From: Candidatus Latescibacterota bacterium
GTDB taxonomy: Bacteria; Latescibacterota; UBA2968; UBA8231
NCBI GenBank assembly: GCA_965200315.1
Contig: OZ241362.1
Coordinates: forward strand, 1,472,001-1,536,000
Direction: 5' to 3'
Length of the DNA stretch: 64,000 nucleotides
Part shown: piece by piece, positions 47,802-57,409 of the stretch
How positions within the stretch are numbered: the stretch's first letter is position 1
Layout of the letters: every line of letters starts with the position of its first letter
Notes under the pieces: generated by a model
The model's input: the letters and a program-made list of their open reading frames with translations, nothing else
Database searches by the model: none
Told to the model about the DNA's origin: nothing
Made by a program: the position numbers and the translations under genes

Positions 47802-48560
47802 CTACTTGTTGGTCGCCACCTTGCGCCCGTCTGGATAGATGCGACCAATCTCCCGCTCAAAGTGCATTTCGACATCCACATCCTCAATCGAATCCCCCTT
47901 GTAGTCGAAGCGCACCACCACATCGGGAATATGGATGGTCAACTCATCGACGTCCGGTGCCAGTGGCTTGAAGACGAGATACCCTTCGTTCGTTTGGGCG
48001 CTGAACACTTCCTCATCGCGAAACATCGTACGCGCCAAGATGCCGTCGCGCTCCTGCCAGATGTAGCGAGCGTTGCCGGGCGTCCCCGGATCGTCGCCGC
48101 CAGTGCCGCTACCTACGTAGCGGCGATAGTATATTGAGAGTTGTTCGTGCCTCAGTGCGTAGTACTTGCGCCCGTTAGAGGTGGTTATATAGACCTTTTT
48201 GGGGTCGAGATAGACCTTGGGGTATTCGTAATTCAAAACGTACAGGCGAAAGACAGTGAAGCGCTGCGGGGTATCCCCAGTACGAAAGTACGTCGAGTTG
48301 CCAAAAGTGTAGGGGTTGCGCGACTCAGCTCCCTCGTTGGAGTACACGCTGAACTGGCGGTTCAACTCCGCGTCGATCATCGGCCGTAGACTAATTTCGA
48401 GCCGGGCCTGTCTATAAGACACGGTGCCGTCGTCGGCCACCGTCTTGTTAGCTCCTTGTTCGGACTCGCTCATCGGTTTGAGATCTTCGGCGTAGTAGCG
48501 ATAGGAGCAGCCTAGAAAAAGCAACCCGATCAAAAGCAGCGGTGTGAAACATTTCAGCAT
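47802..48560 (-). CDS. uncharacterised lipoprotein (paralogue of 32282..33028)
   Basis: Lipobox FLGC; GGAGG RBS; conserved blocks shared with the paralogue. Confidence 0.8.
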   Translation of the reverse strand: MLKCFTPLLLIGLLFLGCSYRYYAEDLKPMSESEQGANKTVADDGTVSYRQARLEISLRPMIDAELNRQFSVYSNEGAESRNPYTFGNSTYFRTGDTPQRFTVFRLYVLNYEYPKVYLDPKKVYITTSNGRKYYALRHEQLSIYYRRYVGSGTGGDDPGTPGNARYIWQERDGILARTMFRDEEVFSAQTNEGYLVFKPLAPDVDELTIHIPDVVVRFDYKGDSIEDVDVEMHFEREIGRIYPDGRKVATNK

Positions 48561-48574
48561 GGGTAACCTCCTAC

Positions 48575-51325
48575 TCAATAGCCAGCGAACACGGTGATGA
48601 ACATCGCCGTTTCCGTACGCGCCTTATCGGCCGAAGCTCGGTCAATCCGCGACACGCGGAACCCGGTCTGGGTCCATAGATTATAGCCCAAATAGTCGAC
48701 GTTGTTGGTAAACTGCAAGGCGTAAACCATCTCGTTGCGATCCGAGCGCAACTGATGATCTTCTAGTTCCTCGCGGAACTGCTTGACGAGCAGGTACTCA
48801 AGGCCGGTCTGTAGCTCGGTACGCGACAGGATCGGTACGCGCAGGACCAACGACCAGAGCTCGCTCAATTCGGTAGTCGCCACGCGCACTTGGGTATCCT
48901 CGCGGCGCGATGGCCGCTGATGCTGAAACTCGCTCTTCCAGCGCGGCTGAAACTTGAGGGCACCTAGGTCAAAGGCGTAATCTATCTTGTTAAGGACGCC
49001 AAAGAAGGAAGCCGTTTCGCGGATATCCTGCTCCTCAATAGGCCGCTCGTCGAAGTTCGTCTGCTTGAAAACTTCCCATTTGAGTCGATTCTTAAAGTGG
49101 ATCCGGTCGCTCTGGTACTGATAGCCCAAATACAAGGTATTGGCCCAGCCATCGCGCAAGGGTAGCGGGTCAGTATAGGGCACTAGATCGCCGCGCGATC
49201 CTTGGCGCACAATCCATTCGATTACGTCGTCGCGTATATCGTCTTGGACTAGGCGATAGTTGTTGTACACCTGTACTCGCCCCTTGCTTGCGTAGTCCCT
49301 GTCGAAGGTCAGCAAGACGTAATTGGTGACGTTCTTTCGGGCCTCGGCTAGCTGGCGCTCGTCGAGGCGACCGACGGTCAGCCTCGCTTCCGGTCCTAAA
49401 TGGGAACCTACGTAGATGTTGTACCCGCGCCGATCCCGTTTGTACAAGTAGTCGGGCAACTCGTCGTTTTCAAAGCGGTCAACAATGCCGTTGTTGTTCA
49501 TATCGATGCCAAAGAGGAACTCGGGGCGATCGGATGCGTAGCGCAAGAACGGCTCCTCGTAGTCCGGCACCGTATTTTCGCGCAATTGGGAGTCGTTCTG
49601 ATTGAAGTCGTTGATGAAGTCGTTGTTCTCGTCAAAACCGGGGAACACCCGGAGATCCTGCGAGAAATTGGCGCGCAGCCAGTCCGGGTTGCGGTCTTGG
49701 TCGTCGTTGTCGTCAACAAATTCGTACACGAAACGAGTGTCGTCGTCGTAGTTAATATCGGCCGCGTCGTTCAGGGTGCCGGCTAAAAAGGTGCTGGTGC
49801 TGTAACTGGGATCAACGTTATAGACCTCGCCGAAGCCGTAGTAGGGATACGCTCGCTTATAGGCATTGATGAACCAAGCATCGGCCGAGGTACTGTGAGC
49901 TTGGTGATTGGTCACATCAGTCTCGGACCGCCGCGGATAGCGAAAGTGCTGGCGGTTTCGGTCGTATTCGCCCGCAAGATAAAACCCACCGACATCGGAA
50001 ACGTCGAGAGTGACGCCGAAAATCTCATTGGCTACCGGCAACCCGTATTTGATGCGCACAAAGCCTTGGTTTGAGCCATCCTTCACATTGCCATCAGCAC
50101 GTACCGTGCGCTCAGGAATACCCTCGGAGAGCAAGACCGGCTGAAAGTTGCGGTTGGCTTGGCGGTTGGAGGTGACGTCGGTCCGGTAATCGTTAGCCAA
50201 GAGCAACAGAAACTCAATGCTCTTGATCTGCTCAGGCCGGGGACCAAAGGAATTGCGGTACTGAGGACCTTCGAGATCGTACACTAGCACGATGACTTCG
50301 TTTCCATCGGCCGAGAGGAAGCCTTCGCGGCGGAAACCACCCTGCACCGACGGACTGTAGTCGAGGACACTGCTATTGCCAATTTGGCGACGATTGCTGA
50401 TGCGCTCGCCGTCAATGGTCGTAATGATCATCTCCTCCTGGAAGAAGGCCGCACCGGCGATGTTGTCCTCGGGCGAATCGTCGCTCAAGCGCACTTCAAT
50501 ACGCGAAATGTCGGCGTTGTTTTGACCCTCGGTAAGCGTACCTTTGAAGGGGTTGCCCTGAAATGCCTGCCCTTTGGTCGAGGAGTTGAAAGCATTGACG
50601 TAGGTCGCGCCAACCTTGACAAAGTCGCCGATCTGTATAGTACCACGACCGCCAAGCATATTAGTATCGTTCGAGCGATAGCGAGCGGTACTGGTAGCAC
50701 CTGACAGCGTTTCGACCTGCCCGGGTGCACTGGGACGCGAGAGGAGCAGAGTCGCTTCGTACTTGTCGGTGGACAAGTCGAACTGAATACCGGCGAACGT
50801 CGGTTTGGAAAAGGTCATCGGCGTCAGGGTGGTGCGGATGCGGTCGCCGATGGTCAAGGCATAGGCGTATTGGCCCTTCTGGTCCGAGGCAATAACCACG
50901 CTCGAAAACCAACCACCGAACCTGTCTGTCTTGAACAGACTGCTACCCGATGTCTGCGGTGCGGAAACACTCCAGTCGTAAATGAGCTGGCCGCGGGTGA
51001 TGTAATTCCCATAAATGTCGTAGAAATACTCGCCTTCTTGGGTGGTCCTGACATAGTACTGATAATGCCGACGGGCGTAATTCGTATAGTCCTGTTGCCG
51101 CCACTGGTACTCGTTGAAAAGTTCCTGGGGCACGTACCACTTCTTCACCGCCGGATCTAGCGCGTCAAAGAGAACGCCAGGCCCCACAGGGTCGTAATAT
51201 ACTTCCCCACCGCGGCGCACACCTAGACGCGAACCAAAGTCCTCCTGTGCTGGGAGATGCTCTACCACCACTCCCAGCATCAGGAGCACAACCGCACCGA
51301 TGCGACAACTCCAAGCTGTATTCAC
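48575..51325 (-). CDS. large hypothetical putative outer-membrane protein, 916 aa
   Basis: Signal peptide; amphipathic beta-strand C-terminal part ending MFITVFAGY; internal DDNDDQD, DENNDF and DMNNNG motifs. Confidence 0.7.
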   Translation of the reverse strand: MNTAWSCRIGAVVLLMLGVVVEHLPAQEDFGSRLGVRRGGEVYYDPVGPGVLFDALDPAVKKWYVPQELFNEYQWRQQDYTNYARRHYQYYVRTTQEGEYFYDIYGNYITRGQLIYDWSVSAPQTSGSSLFKTDRFGGWFSSVVIASDQKGQYAYALTIGDRIRTTLTPMTFSKPTFAGIQFDLSTDKYEATLLLSRPSAPGQVETLSGATSTARYRSNDTNMLGGRGTIQIGDFVKVGATYVNAFNSSTKGQAFQGNPFKGTLTEGQNNADISRIEVRLSDDSPEDNIAGAAFFQEEMIITTIDGERISNRRQIGNSSVLDYSPSVQGGFRREGFLSADGNEVIVLVYDLEGPQYRNSFGPRPEQIKSIEFLLLLANDYRTDVTSNRQANRNFQPVLLSEGIPERTVRADGNVKDGSNQGFVRIKYGLPVANEIFGVTLDVSDVGGFYLAGEYDRNRQHFRYPRRSETDVTNHQAHSTSADAWFINAYKRAYPYYGFGEVYNVDPSYSTSTFLAGTLNDAADINYDDDTRFVYEFVDDNDDQDRNPDWLRANFSQDLRVFPGFDENNDFINDFNQNDSQLRENTVPDYEEPFLRYASDRPEFLFGIDMNNNGIVDRFENDELPDYLYKRDRRGYNIYVGSHLGPEARLTVGRLDERQLAEARKNVTNYVLLTFDRDYASKGRVQVYNNYRLVQDDIRDDVIEWIVRQGSRGDLVPYTDPLPLRDGWANTLYLGYQYQSDRIHFKNRLKWEVFKQTNFDERPIEEQDIRETASFFGVLNKIDYAFDLGALKFQPRWKSEFQHQRPSRREDTQVRVATTELSELWSLVLRVPILSRTELQTGLEYLLVKQFREELEDHQLRSDRNEMVYALQFTNNVDYLGYNLWTQTGFRVSRIDRASADKARTETAMFITVFAGY

Positions 51326-51378
51326 AAAAGCCCTCCCTTGTTTACCAAATTTCCGGTCTAAATTGCAGCGTATTCCAA

Positions 51379-54300
51379 TTAGTAGGCGACGTGGACGAGA
51401 CGCACGAGTTGGTTATCCTTGTCGTCAGCCTCAACCTCAATCTGGCAGAGATAGATCCCCGGCGACACGATCTGTCCATTCAGATTCCGCCCGTCCCAAG
51501 TGAACGTCTGATCCCCCACTTTGCCGCTCTCCGTCGCGCTCTGCCCCCGGCCGACCAAGCGACCACCCAGATCGTAAAACGCCACACCCAACGGCCGCTC
51601 CTCTAACACCTTCAACAGCGCGAAGTGGACCAAAAGCTCATCGTTGATCCCGTCGCCATTGGGTGTAAAGACCGGTGTCAGCACTACGTCTTGGATCAAC
51701 GAACCCAGCAAGGACATCAGACTGACTCGCGTCGTCGAGGAGTCCACTAGTTCGGTGGCGTCCCTGTTCTCGGTATCGACTCGCTGGAAGACGCCCTCGT
51801 CGGAGTTGGACGCACGGACAAAAGAGGTGAACTCAATGCCTTCGCGGAAGCTCTGCGATTCAAACTGTACCTCGATGAGGGCGTGCACCTCGGCGGGCAA
51901 GTCGGCATTGAGCGAGAAGGGGAAGCGGACCCAGATCGAGTCCTCTCCTGCCGCTATGCGCTCCAGCACCGAGCCATCCTCAGTGCGCAAGACACCGTCA
52001 TCTCCCTCGGCAAAGGCGCGGTCGAAGCGCGTGGTCCCTGCTGAGGTCCGCATTTGAGCTGGGTCGAGAAGCGAGGGCGTCTCGGTGACCTCAACTTGGC
52101 CGAGGCGGACCCCAGTTAGGCGAGCGGCACGGGGAGTAACGATCAGCACCTCATTGAAGCCGTCGCGCACAGTGGCGTCTGTCGGGTCGGGCGCAGCAGC
52201 ACGAATAAAATAGGAAAATTGTTGGGGCTTGAGCGGATTGATATCGCGCGGCAGAGTGTAGTCGGTGGGCAAAACGTCTAAATTAGTCAGCCTCTTTGTA
52301 GACCCCTCGTCCCTTACCAGTGCCAGTTCACCAGCTAACTCTAGCGCCAGAGGCGGCGCGAGTTCAATCCGCAACTCGCGGATTCGCGCCGTCTTGAAAG
52401 GATCCTCGGAGGATATATTGACCCGGACTTGGACAAATTTGCGTGGATTGGGCGAGGTGATCGCCGCCTCATTGAGGCCGTTAGTGGATAGATAGCCCTC
52501 GCTCCATTCGCTCCAGCCGACGAAGGCCAACTCACCATCCTTGGCAAAGCTCGAACGCGGTGCCCGGCGCAATTTTTTACCATCCTCATCGATGAGTCCG
52601 TCGCCGTCATTGTCGATGAGGTCAATGGGATCTTCATCGTTGGCACCGTCGCCATCGTCGTCCTTGCGCGAGGCGTGTCTCTCGTTGCTGGGCAGAGTCT
52701 GCCAGATCTCCCATGCCAGCCACTCCAAGGCTATTTCGTCGTAAACATTTTTTGACACTTCCTCGCGCTCTTCTTTGCCACCGATGCTGACGACCTGATA
52801 GTAGGTAAAATTGGTGTCCGTCTGATCGGAGGTGCGCGTCTGTACCTGCAAGCGGACATCCGGGTGAAGATCTAGCGGCTCAATCCGCTCACGGGATTGA
52901 CCGGTGAGCAGATCGGTATCGCGGATGAGCACATCGCCTTCCCAAGAAATGCGCGGCAGGGTTTTGCGGATGAAGTTACCGCGCGAATCGGTCAGGGAGA
53001 TGGGTGGCGAGTACGCCCACACGCTGACAGGATATCCCTCGCCGTAGAGCTGGATCTCGGCCATGGTCGCCAACGCACCATAGCGACCCGACTGATGCCC
53101 GGTAACGTCGATATCGCGGACCTGTAAGAATCGGATCTTGCGAGGGGTAAAGGCCTCTTGGAAAATGCGCACTACCGGCGTGTGGTTATCGATATGCTCC
53201 TCGCTAATGATGTTGTCCCATTTGAGCCCCTCTTCGAGCTGGGGGAAGTCGTTGGGATCTTTCATGCTCAAGGGTTTGAGCAGTGTGCCATCGGAGACCA
53301 AGATGCCCGGTCCTAAAAAGGCACCCAAGTGGCTCTGATTGATACGCTTGTTGACCACCGAGAGATTATCGACCCAGAACACGGCCCCTAAATCGTACCA
53401 AGCCGTGCCCTTGACGTAAACTGGCGACCATGTATTAGCAGTCCACTGCGAGTCGTACAGCCCATCGGTGGCCAAGTCAGGAGCGCCCAAACCGCCGTGT
53501 TCAAACGAGGCACCACCGCGCTGTTCGGGCTGCAGCGCGTAATTGTCGCCCTTGGCCCAGATCTGAATCTCGGAGATGCGAGGAACCTCTTTGACATAGT
53601 AGAGGATCGGCCCGCGCTTTTCCTCGGGTAAGGTTTGGTATTTTTCGCGGGCAGTCTGGTTGGCATCGCCTTGGATTTCAACGAGTAAACCGCCGGCCGT
53701 CTGGCGTTGATAGACGAGCGCACCACGCTGTCCCTCGGGCAGTGCTTCATAAGCGAGGCGTGCCTCTTCGCCTTCACCTAGGAAGGAATAGCGCCAGAGA
53801 TCCGAATCCGTAATTTTGACGCGGACATACTGGATGAAAGCTCCGCTAATATCGGGCAGACCATTCAAGTCCCAGTCGGCCCGATCCAGCGGCGAAAGAG
53901 GGAAGGTCATCTGAGCATAGCGTCCCTCGGTCCCGGGAACCGCAACCAGCGTCACTTCACCAGTCTCAACTCCCCCACCACCTTCACAGCGGGTCTCACC
54001 GGCAAAACCCACACCTTCGTCGCGTACGCACTGAGCCAACTTGCCAGCGACGAATCCAGTCGAGACTTCTTCTACGAGTGTGAACTGGAGATTATTGCCC
54101 AAGGGAAAGGGAAAGCGCTCGCCCATTGAGGCGAAGAGCACTAATGCCTTGACTGGTTGGCCGAGGAACTCGTCTTCGAACTGACCGCCAGGAAAGATGA
54201 TCGTCAAGCTATCGGCGAAAACTAGCCTCCCTAGATCAATTTCAAGCTCCCAATTGCTGAGTCCGTCGAGATTAAAGTCGCCGGGATCGCTCAAGCGGCT

Positions 54301-54714
54301 TGTAAAACTGACCGGCGTATCCGGCTCCCAGAACGTGCTCAAGTCGTTGTCGAGAATATTGTTGGCCAAGGCATCGTTGGATTTGGCGGTCGCCCCACCA
54401 CTAGTTAGCGCACCGGCAGCGCGGACTAAGTCGGGATAGGTGAAGTCTCTAACTGTAGGGCCGACATTGATATTGCGGCGGAAAAACACCGGTCGCAGAC
54501 CGTCGGCCCCGACCTGAAAGATATCCGCTTCCCTGACCGGAACGTTCAAGCTCGTGACCAGATCGTTCTGATATATCCAATTTTCCCAGTGAGAAGCTCG
54601 ATCCACGATGATCGCATTGTCTCGGAGGCGATAGGCATCGCTGTTCTGGGCCAGACAGAAATTCGGCATAGATACTACGACGAGGGGTATCCCCCACTTT
54701 AGCAGCCGCTTCAT
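51379..54714 (-). CDS. large secreted protein (discoidin-like modules) with CHU_C/FlgD-Ig-like CTD, 1111 aa
   Basis: Signal peptide; ILDNDLSTFW, IDLGR, ATDGL; PVFTPNGDGINDE...WDGRN...PGIY...VAY. Confidence 0.85.
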   Translation of the reverse strand: MKRLLKWGIPLVVVSMPNFCLAQNSDAYRLRDNAIIVDRASHWENWIYQNDLVTSLNVPVREADIFQVGADGLRPVFFRRNINVGPTVRDFTYPDLVRAAGALTSGGATAKSNDALANNILDNDLSTFWEPDTPVSFTSRLSDPGDFNLDGLSNWELEIDLGRLVFADSLTIIFPGGQFEDEFLGQPVKALVLFASMGERFPFPLGNNLQFTLVEEVSTGFVAGKLAQCVRDEGVGFAGETRCEGGGGVETGEVTLVAVPGTEGRYAQMTFPLSPLDRADWDLNGLPDISGAFIQYVRVKITDSDLWRYSFLGEGEEARLAYEALPEGQRGALVYQRQTAGGLLVEIQGDANQTAREKYQTLPEEKRGPILYYVKEVPRISEIQIWAKGDNYALQPEQRGGASFEHGGLGAPDLATDGLYDSQWTANTWSPVYVKGTAWYDLGAVFWVDNLSVVNKRINQSHLGAFLGPGILVSDGTLLKPLSMKDPNDFPQLEEGLKWDNIISEEHIDNHTPVVRIFQEAFTPRKIRFLQVRDIDVTGHQSGRYGALATMAEIQLYGEGYPVSVWAYSPPISLTDSRGNFIRKTLPRISWEGDVLIRDTDLLTGQSRERIEPLDLHPDVRLQVQTRTSDQTDTNFTYYQVVSIGGKEEREEVSKNVYDEIALEWLAWEIWQTLPSNERHASRKDDDGDGANDEDPIDLIDNDGDGLIDEDGKKLRRAPRSSFAKDGELAFVGWSEWSEGYLSTNGLNEAAITSPNPRKFVQVRVNISSEDPFKTARIRELRIELAPPLALELAGELALVRDEGSTKRLTNLDVLPTDYTLPRDINPLKPQQFSYFIRAAAPDPTDATVRDGFNEVLIVTPRAARLTGVRLGQVEVTETPSLLDPAQMRTSAGTTRFDRAFAEGDDGVLRTEDGSVLERIAAGEDSIWVRFPFSLNADLPAEVHALIEVQFESQSFREGIEFTSFVRASNSDEGVFQRVDTENRDATELVDSSTTRVSLMSLLGSLIQDVVLTPVFTPNGDGINDELLVHFALLKVLEERPLGVAFYDLGGRLVGRGQSATESGKVGDQTFTWDGRNLNGQIVSPGIYLCQIEVEADDKDNQLVRLVHVAY

Positions 54715-54750
54715 AGCATATCCTTTCTTTTTGTACTTGTCTGACTAAGG

Positions 54751-57228
54751 CTAATACGCTACAGAAACGATGCGCGTTTGAGCACTGCCCGCATCATCGG
54801 CTTTAGCTGAAATGCGCAATACGTAGAGGCCTGGCGGCACAATTTGTCCGCCATCAGCGCGACCATCCCACTGCTGCGAATACCCTCCCGACAACAGATC
54901 GCGTTCAATAAGACGCAGACGCCGACCATTCAAATCGAATATCTCCAGACGCACCGGTTTCGGCGTCAGCAGGCGCTGCACATCAAAGAGCACGGTCATC
55001 TCGTCGTTGATGCCGTCGCCATTAGGCGTAAAAGGGTTAGGCTCGGCCTTAAAGTTGCTTACTAGATCCTCGCTCTGCGCCGAAACATCGGCGATGACAG
55101 CCAAAGAGTTGCGATCCGAAAGCTGGTCCGTCGCTCCAAAGTCCACCACATCGTTGCCTTCCACTCCCTGCGGTAGAAAGAAGGCCAATGTATCGAGCGC
55201 ACCCTCACCGACTGCTAGGATTCCATTGCGGGTAAAGCGCCGTTCCACATCGGCATCCAAGGTATCGAGGAAGGCATTGGCGGAGAAGTTAGTGCGGAAA
55301 TTAATAACCCGGCCTAGGAAGCGGACTTTCACTAGTACATCACGCACTTGTCCATCCTCGGCTGGGCCAATAGTCGGAAAACCAACGACGAACTGATTAT
55401 CGACGACGTGCAATTCTTGAAATTGCCTTTCTCCAGCCTCGCCTTCGCCAAGCCCGAAGCGGGAGAGAACCTGGACTTGGCCGTCGCCCAGGTCCACTTC
55501 CATCCCTACAATCTCCTCGGTGCGTGCCGGCGTAAAAACCTGTAGGCGATTAAAGCCGTTGTTTTCGGGTCCTATGGAAGCTTTTAAGGCTAGGACGAAG
55601 GAGGTATCGCGGCCGGCGATTACATCCACTGCCGGGGCGATCTCGCCGAGAACTCGATCAATGATCTGCGGGGCGGAGTATTCAACGCGCATGTTGCGAA
55701 TAACTGTCGCCGACTCCGGCGACTGGCTCAGGAACTCCACCTCAACCTGAATAAAGGGCCGCCCGCTCGGCGCATTGACCCGTTCGCCATTGTCGGCTGT
55801 TTGCGCACTGCTCCAAAACTCGAGGTCGGGTTCGATGCGCCGCCGCACACTGACCGGCAATTTTATGTAGTCCTCGCGAGTTAGGCGGATCACCTGGCGC
55901 TCCTCGGGCAGGGCGGCACTAAAGACCTCGCGGGCCTCTATGTTGAACTCCGAGGAGTCCAGATGTACTACTTGGCCTTGAGTCGAGGAACCGAGCCGTC
56001 GGTCGATGAGAACTGCCTTCTCTTTCCACTCCACTTCGCGGTCGTAGTAGTTGATGCGAAAGAGCACATCGGGCTCAGCAGTGAACCCCGTCCGGACGCG
56101 TACGATCGCTCTAGACTTGGTGGGATCGCCGATCTTTTCTTCATCCCAGAAGATCCTCCCCAGAGTCGCTGGGGGCAGCGGTAGCGCATTGGAGGTATAT
56201 ACCGCTTCGGACATGAAACCGTCAGCGAAAAACTCCATTTCAGCCAAGTCGTAATCCAGCGGAGTCTGAAAATCGAAGCGCACGTAGCGCATTTCGGGGA
56301 GCGGGTCGAACACGACTGCAATAGTATCTTCCACATTGACTGGCACACTCGCCTCGGGGACGAAGGTAGGAAACGTATCGCCGATTTTATCAAATCTAGG
56401 GAAGCCCAATGGTCCGGTTATCGGATCTTCGAGACTGAGACCGGCGATCACCGTCTCGGTCCCAGGCAGACCGCGAAAGAGAGTGTAGGCGGAGACGCGC
56501 ACCGGCTCTTCGAGACTGGGATAGAGGCGAAAAAGCCGGATTGGAAAGTAGTGGCCCAAATCAATATAGAGGAGCCATTGCTGCGCGACGTCTTCCCCCA
56601 ACCGATCGATGCGTTCAAAATGGGTCAATGGATCGCCATCGAATACGCGCCCCAAGCCCTCTTGCAACCGTATCCCGGTCAAGGCTCTTTCAAATCTACC
56701 GAGGGCCGTGAGGTTGAGACTTTTGTTGTACTTATCGCCGCCGGGCGGGCGAGGAAAAGACTCAGCCACGTTAATCATGGCCTCGATCTCGGTAATGCTG
56801 GCCCGGCGCAATAATTGGACGGCCTCTAAGCTGCGCGGGAAAGGGCTCCAGCGGGGAATCAGCACTGTGCCCTCCTCGACGATCGTACCATCTTCGCGTT
56901 CCGCATCGGTCAGTGCCACCACATCAGCCCTAGTCACATTGAGCGAAAAGGCGAAGAGGATGGAGTCAATCGCCGCATCTACTTCGTCGGCAGTTAAGGC
57001 GAGGGAAATATCGGGAACGGGCACTATACGCGCGGGCGCGATGGGGCCAATGCCGTCTTCATAACTTTCGAGGTCTATTAGTTCAATAAAAGTATTCTTT
57101 GATACCGAGCTCTGTTTGACCTCACCCCAAGTTGAATTACCAGGAATGGATAACAAGCGCAATTCCGCGGTAGCTTTTACCACCCAACCCGACAAGACCA
57201 GTGCAGCGACAAAAATCCCTATTCTCAT
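54751..57228 (-). CDS. large secreted protein with CHU_C/FlgD-Ig-like CTD, 825 aa
   Basis: Signal peptide; VFDGDPLT, IDLG; PNPFTPNGDGINDE...WDGRA...PGLY...VAY. Confidence 0.85.
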   Translation of the reverse strand: MRIGIFVAALVLSGWVVKATAELRLLSIPGNSTWGEVKQSSVSKNTFIELIDLESYEDGIGPIAPARIVPVPDISLALTADEVDAAIDSILFAFSLNVTRADVVALTDAEREDGTIVEEGTVLIPRWSPFPRSLEAVQLLRRASITEIEAMINVAESFPRPPGGDKYNKSLNLTALGRFERALTGIRLQEGLGRVFDGDPLTHFERIDRLGEDVAQQWLLYIDLGHYFPIRLFRLYPSLEEPVRVSAYTLFRGLPGTETVIAGLSLEDPITGPLGFPRFDKIGDTFPTFVPEASVPVNVEDTIAVVFDPLPEMRYVRFDFQTPLDYDLAEMEFFADGFMSEAVYTSNALPLPPATLGRIFWDEEKIGDPTKSRAIVRVRTGFTAEPDVLFRINYYDREVEWKEKAVLIDRRLGSSTQGQVVHLDSSEFNIEAREVFSAALPEERQVIRLTREDYIKLPVSVRRRIEPDLEFWSSAQTADNGERVNAPSGRPFIQVEVEFLSQSPESATVIRNMRVEYSAPQIIDRVLGEIAPAVDVIAGRDTSFVLALKASIGPENNGFNRLQVFTPARTEEIVGMEVDLGDGQVQVLSRFGLGEGEAGERQFQELHVVDNQFVVGFPTIGPAEDGQVRDVLVKVRFLGRVINFRTNFSANAFLDTLDADVERRFTRNGILAVGEGALDTLAFFLPQGVEGNDVVDFGATDQLSDRNSLAVIADVSAQSEDLVSNFKAEPNPFTPNGDGINDEMTVLFDVQRLLTPKPVRLEIFDLNGRRLRLIERDLLSGGYSQQWDGRADGGQIVPPGLYVLRISAKADDAGSAQTRIVSVAY

Positions 57229-57344
57229 TCCGTTACTCCCGGTAGAGTTTGCACTCTCGCCTAGGTTGGCATAGGCGGCATGGGAACGAGCTTGTTATGC
57301 GATACAAGCAGCTATATTTAGAAATATAAGAGAAGGTTTTAAGC

Positions 57345-57380
57345 GCAAAGAGAGGGAGGATGATACCCCCCTCTCTTTGC
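57345..57380 (-). terminator. hairpin downstream of the 57410 gene
   Basis: GCAAAGAGAGGGAGG / CCCCCCTCTCTTTGC stem. Confidence 0.55.
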
Positions 57381-57409
57381 ACAGACAGGTAAAACAGGAT
57401 TTTGGTCGT

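Noticed and set aside
57240-57310. SAM-I riboswitch (GCCAACC...GTGCAAACTC resemblance)
   Set aside because: Lacks the AUCxAGAG/P1 and kink-turn elements, and the downstream gene is unrelated
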